Source: Albugo candida (Eukaryota). Taken from it: a stretch of DNA of 42,914 bases. A program made the translations under genes and the position numbers. The stretch covers positions 186,001 through 228,914 of the forward strand of contig JBDOQK010000058.1 in assembly GCA_040437565.1 (NCBI GenBank). Reading direction: 5' to 3'. Below, one piece after another: positions 24,050-36,086 of the stretch; position 1 is the stretch's first letter; the number at the start of each line of letters is the position of its first letter. The notes below the pieces were generated by a model. It worked only from the letters and a program-made list of their open reading frames with translations. It did not search any database and was not told the origin of the DNA.

Positions 24050-27000
24050 AAAGGCAATTACGCCCGCATTCCGTCCAATCTTCAAGTCGTTCAGCTACAA
24101 ATAAATTTTGAAAACTAGCTGTTGAAAGGACCGTAGGAGGCAAGAACACCCCGCTTACCCCGTCTAGAAAACGCAGGTATCGATGTCGCTTTATGCGGAC
24201 CGCCGCTCAGCTTTACCTCCTTCTCCACCGACATCTCACTGATTGCCTGCTCAGTCGCTTAGTCTGCTGTTACGCCTGACATTTAAAGCGGCACGTAGAA
24301 CTTGTTCGTGTTGATGTTCAGCTTGCCAAAAGAAACCTAGTCATCGCTATGTTCCTCAGGGGTAGTGTGCCCTCTTCGTCGGTGATAGGAAAGAGAATGC
24401 GCAATCGAGCAGATCATTTTGCGTTGACAGGACCACATGCACTCGAGGACGGATTTCAATGCGGCAACGAGGTAGTAGATAGCCCAGAAGTTTCAGGCCT
24501 GGAACAGAAGCCGCGTGCAGCACGCAGCATCTGCGCCTAGACGAGCAGAACCTAGGATTTTCTATTGCACTGGAAAGTATCAATCAGGTAAACTCTTGCA
24601 AAAGCTTCGGGACAAAGATTGGCGGCTCCGAAATCGCAGCGAGGGTCGAGAGAACCCGCGTAATCACGTTGAATCGTTTCAACAAGCCGGACTGGTAGCT
24701 CCTTCATTCTCGGTATTCCTCACGCAGGTATCTTCATCGACGTACCACGGCAAAGAGAGTTCTCTGTTCCCGCACTCGACACGAAGTTTTGGTCACAGAC
24801 CCCTCAGACAGCATATCGGCGGAGGGGTATTGGATGCTCCGCGTCCTCGCCTCCATGTCATTCAGTCTGTACACAATGTGCTCCTGCGTCAACAAGATCT
24901 TGCCCCCCCGCGTAGCGATCTTACTAATTAGCGTCTATATCTTCTGGGTGTTGGCCATCGCATACGTAGACGCTGAAGCAGGAACCAATTATAAGTATTC
25001 GTAGGCCTGAACGGTAATTTCCGTGTCGCTGTCTATCTTGTCGTAAGCTGGCGCAATCATGGCTCAATGCCAGCTGCAAGTTTTTAAGAATACCTGAGAC
25101 GGACCTACTGGCTGTAGAGTGAGGCAAGGTTGATGACTTCGAGGAAACGGTAGCTGTGAGACGAAGTAGGTGGGGGCGTTGAAACGTGCGGTTGGTGAAT
25201 TGACATGTGCATCTACGTTACTTCGTAAAAATTGCATGAANNNNNNNNNNNNNNNNNNNNNNNNNNNNNNNNNNNNNNNNNNNNNNNNNNNNNNNNNNNN
25301 NNNNNNNNNNNNNNNNNNNNNNNNNNNNNNNNNNNNNNNNGTCGTAAGCTGGCGCAATCATGGCTCAATGCCAGCTGCAAGTTTTTAAGAATACCTGAGA
25401 CGGACCTACTGGCTGTAGAGTGAGGCAAGGTTGATGACTTCGAGGAAACGGTAGCTGTGAGACGAAGTAGGTGGGGGCGTTGAAACGTGCGGTTGGTGAA
25501 TTGACATGTGCATCTACGTTACTTCGTAAAAATTGCATGAAATCCTGGTGAAATTCATCCAGCTTTGCGTCTCCACCAGATGAATTTGACCTAAGAAACC
25601 GCGGCGCCACGAGAAACCGTACATGTTTCAGCTTTAAAGCAGCACCATCATGACGCGTGACTCAAACTGGCATTCTATAGGTGTTCACAACCGTTGGAAC
25701 GTCAGATTTGTAGAACCCTTCAGGGGGAACGAGGTCCTGTTGAAGTTATAAGCGTAGGCACACAGCATGATGCATAAGATGTCGCATGTATTGAACCCTC
25801 TCGGTGAGACAGGTTAGATTACCCATATCTCCCCGGCATCGAAGCGGAAATGATAGTAAGCATCCCTGACGTAAGGACTTCAGCCATTCTAGACGAGAAG
25901 ACTACGTAGAGGTCATGCCTTTTGCCGGATTCGTCGTGCTCCTAGAAAATCTTGACGGTCGTCATCGCACAGAGAGATTGGCCCTACATGTTTCTTAGGC
26001 GAGGCGGGCCAGGTCCATTCGAATGCTTGGAGATGTGTTGGTCGGTAACAGAAGTAGAGACGGAAACAACCTGCAATCCCAGCAGCGCTCCACATTATCC
26101 CGAAGAGCACGCCCTCTGACGTCGTACCACTGAGAAGGTCATGAAGGAGCGTGTTCAGGCTAGCGCCGAACAGGGTAGACTGCTTCCCCGTGCCAATGCA
26201 AAAACACGCCTGAGTAGCGTTCGCAATCTAGAAGCTTTTCACGGAACACAGGCGTCAAGGCAGAGCATTTTTCCCCAGATGAACCCATGAAACAGCGTCA
26301 AGAGGTCACCTCAAAGTCCCCGACAAAGACATGTCCGATGGTAGCGCCGGAGTACCACGACATGTCTACCCCTCACCGCAGAGCATCCTTCACCTCGCTA
26401 AACGTTGACCGATCAAACGCTGCCTCAGTGCCGTGTTCCTCGCACGCAGGCTTTGCGGGATAGTCCAGGTTCTTCTGATGCAGGTAGCCACTCATAGCGA
26501 CAAACCAGACCGCCGTCACCCGCCGGGATGTGGGGTCGACAAAGCGTCACAAAAGAAGCGCGACTAGATGCACGACAGGCAGACACCAGCGTTGCAAAGA
26601 ATGTGGTTCGTCGCCCGTGGCACGCATCGTCACCAGGTTATCAAGAGATACGCAGTACGTCAGGACGCATCTCTGCGATGACATGTCACGCAATTGAACC
26701 GTTCTTCCATGCTAGGATTTACATGCTAACAGTCGGTAATGCCTCCACACAATCATCTCACTTGATGAGCAGCCTGATCCATAGATAGCTTCGTAATCGG
26801 TAAGATTGCCTCAGGAGTCATGTCGGGGAGTCCACCATCCTTTGCTCTGAGAAGTAGCTCGTCAGCAACGGGCTGAGCAGCTGAAAAAGTATAGCAGAAG
26901 ATGAGAGGGGAAGAGGGTCTAGCGTCAATCGTGCAAACGGAGACAGCTAGAAGCGAGGCAAAAGGAAATCTACGTGCTGACGACGTCTTTGTACGAGTAG

Positions 27001-29380
27001 CTTTGAATGGGGAGAAATGACGAGAGCGTACCGAGAATAGACGGCTTACTGACACACCTACAAGCTTCTACATGGAGACAGATCTTCTCTATATTGGAGA
27101 CGCGGAGAGTCTGAACCGCATAGTCGAGGTAGCCATGTCACTAAGAGCTCAGGATAGCACCTACGGCGACGTAAACTACCATCCTTGTTGGCGTCTCGCA
27201 TCTGTACCCTCAAACTACGTAGTGCTTTCCATGCTGCTTCCGATATTCGTTACGACGATGAGCGATGTACGCGGCATGCCGTTCTTTGCAATTGATACGG
27301 CTGAATGTTCTGTCCACGTTAGAAAAAGGATGATTCGTTCACCATGAGGAACGGATCTATGTACGTCCGCAGCTATGAGACGCTACTTCTGGCAAGGAGG
27401 CTCGCCATATCCGTGATCGGTGTAGCGCAGCACATTCTTCACGCAACTGGTACCCCCTGCGTAATCCACTCACCAGTATCTGGTCACATCAACTTCTCAC
27501 GCATCAAGTACACCGTCTAATTTGGCGCGTCGACACGACTGTGTACTTTGACCCTCATCTTGCTTCAATTGCTTGGCTATCTGTGCCGCAACCAAGATAA
27601 CACCATGTTCGACGATACGATTACACTGAGCATCTATGCTTTTGAATAGCGCTCCGAAACACATCAACGTACCGGGCCTACCTCAGCGCGTGCATACGCA
27701 TCAGCGGTGAAGACGCCATCGGCAATCCTGTTGGGATACGCGTTACATTGGAGGATATCCATGCCGTCCTATCGGTACCTATGCTTAGTCCGTCCATCGC
27801 CTTTAACTTCATAGCCACCTCCACTGCGTACGCGTCCTCTCGTTTGAAAACCCTCTTACGAGAGATACAGATGATTTCCAGAATTTCCTTTCATGGTGGA
27901 CGCAACGAGGCATGTAACGTGGCAGTCAACCAGGTAGACGGAATAGTTAGGACAGACGAGTTGGCAGTCCAGCGATTAGGTGCCGTCAAAGGAAACTGCA
28001 AGCAGAATAAGAGAGTGCGTCTTCGAGGCGTAGTTGAAGTTCAGTAAGCCAGCAGTTGCAGCGTTCGACATACGCAGAGCAGGTTACACGAGTTTCTGTA
28101 AACGGCGTCACTAAGCTGGGTAACATCTGATCGGGTAAGCCGAGCGAGCGCCATACCGCGCATCAGATTGCATGCCTCAACGTCTAGCGTGCCACCCCAT
28201 CTCTAGTGACGAAGATGAGTGCTTCGTGGTGAGCACTGAGAGAAGTAAGATGGACGTCTTTTATGCCTTATCCATGCCTCGCCTTGCTTGTCAGTGCCTG
28301 CTGAGCCGCTTTCGAAACGTAGAAAGATAGCCTCTTTCCGTGAAAACGTACTCCCTGGCCAAAGAACACGGCCCTTGGACTCTGAGGCAAAATTTGTCCC
28401 GCTCAGACCCAAACCGAGGCACGGTCTCATGATGTGAAGTCAACATCTAGATTAAGACGTATTTAAGTTGCTGACCCAAGATGAACACTTCAGAAAATCG
28501 TATGTGAGTCTCCATCAAGCCTTGAAACGCTGTAGTTACACATCTGCACGAATGTCTGCATCCTTGCCAGCCCAATGCGAAGTGTGATGAGAAGCCAATC
28601 TACTTTGCACCCTAGACCGCTAAAAGCTGAGATTGGGCGTCATCTCCACGATTTCAGCATCTCTATCTGCATTAGGCGTTGACAGCGTAATAAAGTCCAC
28701 GCACCTGGCGTCAAGGCCGGAAAGGTCAAGTAGTGACTAACTAAGAGCACGAATCATTTGTCGCGACTAAACTTGACAGCGTGATAAGGAAACTAATCGT
28801 GTCCGCTTCCTCTTCGCAGTATTTGCCCTCTACTTCCGACACGTGTAACGCGTCACCATCCAGTTCCTGATTAAGTGATGCGCTGTCTTCCCGGTGCATC
28901 CTGCATCCTGACGGAGAGTTCGTCCCAGAAGTGCAGATGTACACATCTGACAGAGTCATAAGATAGGTTGAAGCAGCGTGAGAGGATTGCATAGTCGCCC
29001 TTCTTCACTTTGGGTTATCCGGAGTAGGGTGACGCGTACTCTGCTTCCTCCAGGCGCCTGAGAATTCGCATTGTATCCGTCCAGCGTCGCGGCAACCAAA
29101 GAATGGAGTACCGATCGGTTCATATGCACGCAGAGACACCCCTTGCAGTGCATAACGCCATGAATACTATGCAGCCATACTTCAGCTATCCACACTTCCT
29201 CGAGATGCAGTATCGCAACGTTAACGCGCACTGAGATAGCGATTTTTTGCAATTGGCTAGTTGGAGAGTCATCTTGTGGACTTTTCTGAGAGACAGAGTG
29301 GCAGAAGAAGCGCCGTCCCTCAGCACTGCGAAGATGCCCCATCCAGCGCTCGTGGAGGGAGCAGTAGTTCAATGAGATCG
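24050..29380 (-). mobile_element. Degenerate near-full-length L1-like LINE ORF2 relic (endonuclease to RT to C-terminal region)
   Basis: Minus-strand fragments lie in the expected order: endonuclease-like NVAILHLEEVW (~29200), LVTPFTE (~28100), FCL (~28000), and a broken IxQGCP-like segment (~27730). GC-rich with no intact ORF. Boundaries approximate. Confidence 0.5.
25040..25541. repeat. 201 bp exact duplication across an N-gap (25040-25240 = 25341-25541); probable artefact
   Basis: Identical flanks of gap 25241-25340. Confidence 0.9.
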
Positions 29381-29699
29381 ACGCACGTCACGCATATTTT
29401 TGATATATAGGCGACGAAGCAAGACAGAATTTTTTTATATTTTAATTCATTATTTTGCTTCTTTTTTAAATTTTATTAAAACCTGTGAGTGGTCGTTAAC
29501 CGTTGCATCTTTTCTCAGTGCACACGCTTCACATCAAGCGCCGCAATGCCGATGCAGTCTTCCTCCTTTCTCATCTCTCCCAGTCGATTTCTGGAGCCCG
29601 AGAGAGTAAGTGCAGCCGTCACACGTTAGCGCGCTCTACTTGACATAAAATTTACCTAAATCCTCCTAGCTTTACGCATCCTGACCTTCTCGAAAGAAT

Positions 29700-30230
29700 A
29701 CACTTACCCACATGGAAGGTGCAGCGCATTCCACCAAGCTGCTGCGTCTGTAGCTTGTGCTCTTGACGGTAATCTACAATTCCAGCTGCGACGGTGTCTT
29801 CCACAAGACGTACAGGATTGCAGTCGACGACAACGACAAGGAAAAATCGACCCTTACCAAACACTGCCTCAAGCCGGTACCTTACAGCTCCACGCATCCC
29901 TACATCCACTCAAATCTATAAAGCCTCAAATCCGTAACACCCATCATCCCGGAACAGATGTAAATCGTCAATAATCCATATTAGCCGTGCCGATGACAAC
30001 ATATATCCTACTTGCAACCCCATCGCTCTTTGGCTCTGAATGCGGCCTTTGCATTCGTGTGAGACTACGTTAGCGTGAAAATACTGTGGGAATGGTGCAC
30101 TACGTGCTGAAATTACGTTAGGCTGAATAGGGTACAGGACTGGTTTTTAGTGCAGAGCTTTCTTTCGCCTCCGTTCCAAGTCGGTGAAGATATCGACTGC
30201 CTGCATGACGTCCCTGCTGCTCTCACCGAC
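29700..30230 (+). mobile_element. LINE reverse-transcriptase fragment
   Basis: ADD at 29989-29997 (YADD-like) followed by ECGLCI (SGLxxN-like). An 18-bp identity TGCATGACGTCCCTGCTG (30202-30219 = 19524-19541) sits within a longer alignable block. Confidence 0.5.
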
Positions 30231-32861
30231 TAGTAATTTATCATCGCATGGACATGATCACTCTGCATGTCTTCGGTCAATCAAGTTGCACAGCAATTCA
30301 AAATTTTGTTACGCAATGGCAAGGGCTGGGTGCTTGTTTCCTAATGTCGCCACCCAGAAGAGCTTCAATATAGTAATGTTGCAGGATTTGATCATTGGGC
30401 ACTTTCTGCACCCTTAATTCAATCGTCTGGCAAAAATAGGAATAGAGTTAGCGATAAAAACGTCTGGTTACTGTTGAGGGCTAGGATTTTGTTTAAAAAA
30501 TTATAGGCTTTTTACAAGAAATCTCTTTGTAATGCTATTCCAAATACTTCGTGCTACGTGTGGAATCAGATTTGTTTCGGAGTTTCCAGGTGACATGAAT
30601 ACTGTGGTGTGCATCTCTCGCACATTTATGGCTACATCACGGCATCTTCGGAAACGTGTCTTACCTATTCTCGTAATATCTACTACAGTTTCGTGTGGCC
30701 TTTCGGATGTTACCAGTTCGATCTCGTTTCTGGTTTTGAAAGTATAGTCAGCCCGACATTATATTGGGCACTTAGCCTGCGTGTGGAGCAGTAAAATCCG
30801 ATCAACATATCTTTCTTAAGTGCGATCATACGGCACGATTATGGATGGAGTTACTCCCTACTTGGAATCAGACCTAATCATCCCGGACACGTTGGACGCA
30901 TTTTGCATGTGAAATTATGCCACCACCACGGCCGGCATGAAAAGGAAATCAGCATATTATATCAGATTCGTGGCTTGCATTGCAAGCGGTAATGCTGCAC
31001 TTTGTCTGGACGGATCGGAATTGTACGTTTGTCCGAATAGCGATTAGCTACTACGACAATTGCAGCAATTTCCGTGATCTACACTACGTTTAATGCACAT
31101 GGTTGGTACTTTTGACGGCAGTATTAGGATCGAGAATAACACCTCCGGTTTGCGAAAGTGCTGGCTCAACTCGCTACGCAAGGATCATTTGATGGATTCG
31201 TGAAACTCCGATGCTAGTCGTAGTTGTTTAGCGTAGTGTGCTGGACACCAATTTGGACAACACGGCGACAGTCTCGTGGTGTTGGTTTGACAATACATAT
31301 ATATTTGCAGCCTGTTGAAGGCATCTACTTACTAGTCATTTCGTGCATGCACATGTGGAGACTATTTTCCCGGAATTATTCAAAATACTCAATCAAGTCA
31401 TTTCTTAGGGACACTTCGAAATCGGTTCTAACCCACATCCATTAAGCTCCAGGCTGCTGGGTCTGTGTCGGGAAACACTTGTCGAACACCTGAGCGGTAA
31501 AACCATCTGGAAAAAGAGCATGTCTAACAGCAAAATCTCAAGGATGTTGCAAATGCGACTAGTAGGCAGGAGATGTGGAGCGCAGCACAATAGCATGATA
31601 TAATAGATAAAGTCATTCATACAACCGTTTGAATCGTGCCTATCCAGCAGACATTGATTACAGGACGAACGCAATTGATTCCTACCTGCTTCATTCTGTT
31701 GGAATAAAATTTTATAAGGCATTTGTAACCTACTTCTTATCACAATTGCTTTCGCTTGCAAGAAAAACACAATATCCATTCTTGTAGGGAAGTGGAGTTC
31801 TCGCTATGATCGTCAGATAAAGCTTCGAGTGAAGCGGTAACATAGATGCAAGAGCGCTTTTGAAGATCATTGTACTTATCATTATTTACGATCGGAACTC
31901 GCGCAAGACAGATAGACAAATGAATGTACATCTTCGTCAGGTTTGGTTAACGTACTATCTTTATTCGTGGGGACATGATACAAGTCATGAATGTATAAAT
32001 ATGTTGTTGATAGCACCTTTCGATCCATAGCTTCGTCAGATCCGCTCGCAATGGTGAACTAATTCAACAGACATCATTAAGCTTACTTTCTATTCCACGT
32101 AATTTCGAATGAAGTCTTTTTATTTCAGACCGTTCAGAAATGCTGTGCCAACGCCAGCTTGGTGTATGAGTAGATCTATCCACCAACAAACCGAGAAGCA
32201 GACTTGCACAATTTCAAAATCTTGGATCACATTTTTGTGTATTTGATGCCACAGGCTTAGCAATGTCCACATGCGACTAGTTTAGCTTGACATCTATAAT
32301 TTTTCGCATGCTCAATTTACTTGATTATGCACACCTGCTGACGACGTAGTTATGGGCTATGCGTATCGGTCGTTACCACCTTCACTTGCCATTCATCTTT
32401 TTCATTGATCATTTTTGTCGTCTCTGATGGCCTTTGGATTTCATCGGATACGTTTTCTCTGATCAGGCCTTCCATTCAAAGCTTTCGATACAAAAGATCC
32501 GGAAGCTGCTCGATTCGATTGTGTGCGAGCTACATTGATAATTTATAAGTATCGTTGATATTCAAGTCAAAGGATCAACAAAGCAATCCGATAGGTACTG
32601 CGGAAGTGACTCGCTTTGATCCAATAATAGAAATTCAGATCTTGTTCATCAGTACAGTGGCATCTTAATATTGTCCATCACTTCATCAGCAGATAAACAT
32701 CGAAATGCGCAGTCGATCAATCAAACAAAGTAATCAGTCTCTTTCTCAAAATATTATATGCATTTCTTTCACTATTTCGTATTCAGTCAGTATCTTTTAC
32801 TATTGATATCCTTTGTGGTTCCATTTTCTTCCACATATTATTATCACAGTCGGCTCTAGTC

Positions 32862-33845
32862 ATGGAAGATGTCACGATGTTTAAGATCGTATCGATCGTC
32901 ACAGTTTGGTTAATTGCTTTGATAGGAGGTCTATTGCCTTCCCTTATCGCGTCGTATCAGCATCAAACTCAATCCAAACGTATAATGACCATACAGACGT
33001 CATTAACTGCGTTTTCTGGCGGAGTTTTTCTCGCAGGAGGCTTCCTCCATCTGTTACACGATGCCATTGAGAATCCAGCGCTACGTGCGTGGTCGTCAAT
33101 TAAAGAAGAAAAATACAAATTTCCGTACGCGGAGCTCTTCTGTTCGCTCGGGTTTATCGGCCTCTTAATCGTCGAAGGAGCTGCTCACGCGCACGTAAAG
33201 AAGCGCTCGGCAAATAGTGGAGGCGCTTCATATGCGTACCGGTCGATGCCACTGGGGGAACCGGGAAAACAAGGACGAAAGTATGGATCAGGCGGTACGT
33301 TGGAAATGCCTCATGCCACTGCACACGCGAAATTTACTGAAGGAGGATCGCTGGCAGTTTCTATGGTTTTATTTATCGCATTGTCATTCCACTCTGTGAT
33401 GGAAGGCCTTGGTATCGGTGCTCAAAATCGCTCCGCGTGGGGCGTTATGTTTGCAATTTTAGTACATAAAGGCTTGGCGGCATTCGCTTTGGCAACAAGT
33501 TTGATACAGAGTCAACAACTACGCCCATTGACAATTTTTCTGTACATGTGTTTGTTCTCTGTTATGAGCATTTTTGGAATATGTATTGGATGGATTTTTG
33601 CAGCAGATGCTTCAGGCGAGTCTGCAGCTGCTGGAATTTGTGTTGCACTCGCGTCCGGGACGTTTATCTATGTGGCAGTGATGGAAGTATTGCCTCAGGT
33701 TTTGGATCATTCGCCAAGTATCACATCCGATATAATCGACGAGGACGAGGCAGAAGGTCTCACAGAACATGAAAATCGATGGCAAAATATTGGCGCGATA
33801 TGTGTCGGCTATATCGTTTTCGGGATGTTGGCAAAATGGGCGTGA
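32862..33845 (+). CDS. ZIP (SLC39) family zinc/iron permease, 327 aa, single exon
   Basis: FSGGVFLAGGFLHLLHDA, ALSFHSVMEGLGIG, AILVHKG and ASGTFIYVAVMEVLP signatures; multiple TM helices; His-containing loop. Confidence 0.95.
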   Translation: MEDVTMFKIVSIVTVWLIALIGGLLPSLIASYQHQTQSKRIMTIQTSLTAFSGGVFLAGGFLHLLHDAIENPALRAWSSIKEEKYKFPYAELFCSLGFIGLLIVEGAAHAHVKKRSANSGGASYAYRSMPLGEPGKQGRKYGSGGTLEMPHATAHAKFTEGGSLAVSMVLFIALSFHSVMEGLGIGAQNRSAWGVMFAILVHKGLAAFALATSLIQSQQLRPLTIFLYMCLFSVMSIFGICIGWIFAADASGESAAAGICVALASGTFIYVAVMEVLPQVLDHSPSITSDIIDEDEAEGLTEHENRWQNIGAICVGYIVFGMLAKWA

Positions 33846-33926
33846 GATGTTACCAAATTCGTGTATGAATGTATTTGAAGACCACAAAGACTTATTAACA
33901 AGCACTCGACCTCTTTCTCATACTAC

Positions 33927-35626
33927 TTACTGCTCGAGCTGTAATTGTTGAACCGACTGCTCTATCCCCGCTGTCGAATGCTCAATTGCTCCCTCCTGCG
34001 CGTGCAAATTCTCCCCAGATCCCAGCATCTCCTGCTGCGCAAAGTCCTGCGGATACGTGCTCAACTCGCCACTTTCCGCGAAACCTGCATTCATATCGCC
34101 ATAATTCGCTTGTGTTTGCCCCGAATGTATTCTCTTGTGCTGAACTTTGAGTCGTTTCGATCCAATCTGAAATCCATTCATACTCGCAATCGCATTATCT
34201 GCTGCTTCCGATGCGTCGTAACTCACAAATCCGAAGCCTTTACTTTCGCCTGTGAGCTTATCCATGTACACTTTGGCACTAATAACTGTTCCGAATGGCG
34301 CAAATGCAGTAGCCAAATCGGCATCCGTCAGATCATGCGGTAGGTGATAGATAAACAGATTCGCTCCTGGCGGGCCTTCCAGTTGAGTCGTTGACCGAGT
34401 ACCACCAGCATTTGCGTTGATATCGATTCCCGCCAATGAGCTGGTAAGCGCGGCAGCGTCGGCGCCTGTCATAACATCGCTGGATCCTGAATGCCCGATC
34501 GATTCAGAATATGCTGGGTTGGGTGCTCCCATAGTCTCGTACATTGAGCCATTGTAGCCATACGGCATTGCTCCCGATAAAGCGTACGGATTGTAGTACA
34601 TAAATGAATTGGTGGGACTGGTGGAGCCCGGCAAGACAGACCCTGACCCAATTCCATTCGCTTGTGTACCAAAAGCCTGTACTTGTTGCATGTAGTGCTG
34701 TTGCATCTGTTGCATCTGTGACACAGGTAAGCTAATGCCATTGATAGATCCATCAGGAATATGAGGCATCTGCCAGTAACCGGCTTGTGAGGTGTCTGAA
34801 GTCGTACTTCGAACACGTTGCAGCCTTTGTCGTCTCGAATCAGCAAATTTGACCACCAGTGGCGATACTCCATTCATCATCGTAATTTTTCCGTTTAGTT
34901 GCTCAATTGCAGCGACAGCTGACTCCCGTTCTTTGAATTTGAGAAAAGCACACCCTTTACTCTGTCCAGTTGGCTGATGTCGCAAGATAAATACTTCATC
35001 GATAGGTCCGAAATCACCAAAAATCTCATAAATCGCTTGCTCTGTCGCCGTTTTAGGAATCATTCCAATGAATAATTTGTGTTCTTGAGCAGCTAATACC
35101 GTAAAATCAGTCCGTGTCAGTCAAATGATCCAATCACAAATGTACCTCCTGCTTGTCCTTCAGCCGGTCGAACTTGTAAGGGATTGATGGAATCTGGCAA
35201 TGTCACTTTATTATGCAGTTCTTCGACCGCACGTTCAGCGTCTTGAGGTGAAGCATAGGAAGCAAATGCACAGCCACGATGACTTCCTGTGAGTTTATCG
35301 CGAATTATAGTCAGTTCAAAGACTTGGCCAAAGGCTTCAAGAACGGGTAAAAGCTCTGTTTCAGACATTGTCCTTGGAACTTGACCGATAAACAGCTTGA
35401 CTGGATTCGCGTACGTCTCATTCGTCATTCCTGGCGGATACGCTTCGGTCTGATACTCCATATACTGTCTCGATGTCGAAAGTCCATAATGAGCATTAAC
35501 GGGTGGTAGCGGCGGCTGTGAGCTCACAGCAATGTCTCTAGAGCCTTCGCTATTGGTACTGACGTGTTCCTGTGCAGGAGACGCACTATAGCCTCTTTCT
35601 GACGATGCGATAATGCGCTCTTCCAT
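33927..35626 (-). CDS. CELF/Bruno-like (CUG-BP) RNA-binding protein with 3 RRMs; exons 35626-35146 and 35092-33927
   Basis: KLFIGQVPR (RRM1), KLFIGMIPK (RRM2), PLVVKFAD, and [14 protein letters not shown]...KRLKVQHK (RRM3). The 53-nt GT-AG intron 35145-35093 restores the frame. Confidence 0.93.
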
Positions 35627-36086
35627 CAATGGCTATGAGCGATTACGGCGATTACGGATACGATAAACACTTTTTGTGTACGTCGATCACACAATACAGC
35701 AGACAAACGGATACTCTACACGAAGGAGCACACACGCGACAGACAGAAAAGTGAGCGTCAACGAAAGCGTTGTGAGATAAAAAGTGGTTTTTGGTCGTTG
35801 ATTGACCCAATATAACTGACTGGTCCAATTGATGTGAATAGATTGTAAAGGAGTTATTTAGTTACAGTCGTGCAACCTACAGCTAAATGTTTAGTTATTA
35901 TGAGAAACAAGACATTTGGTCAGAATGCATCCGTTTGGTAGACGTCTGTAGACGCTGTGCATGTATTCATTCAAGACAAGTAGGATCGTCATTGAAATTT
36001 GATTGTCGCGTTTTACGTCGATCGTTTGGCTTTTTTTAGCTATCACATAATAAAAACATAACGAAAGGTCTTTTGTATGCATTGGA

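Noticed and set aside
1078-25541. Five perfect direct repeats (201-704 bp) that could be read as LTRs or tandem duplications
   Set aside because: Each is apparently identical and directly brackets a 100-N gap, which is typical of unmerged contig overlaps.
30500-32800. Short ORFs upstream of the ZIP gene
   Set aside because: No motifs, no consistent frame or splice structure, and no detectable homology within the window.
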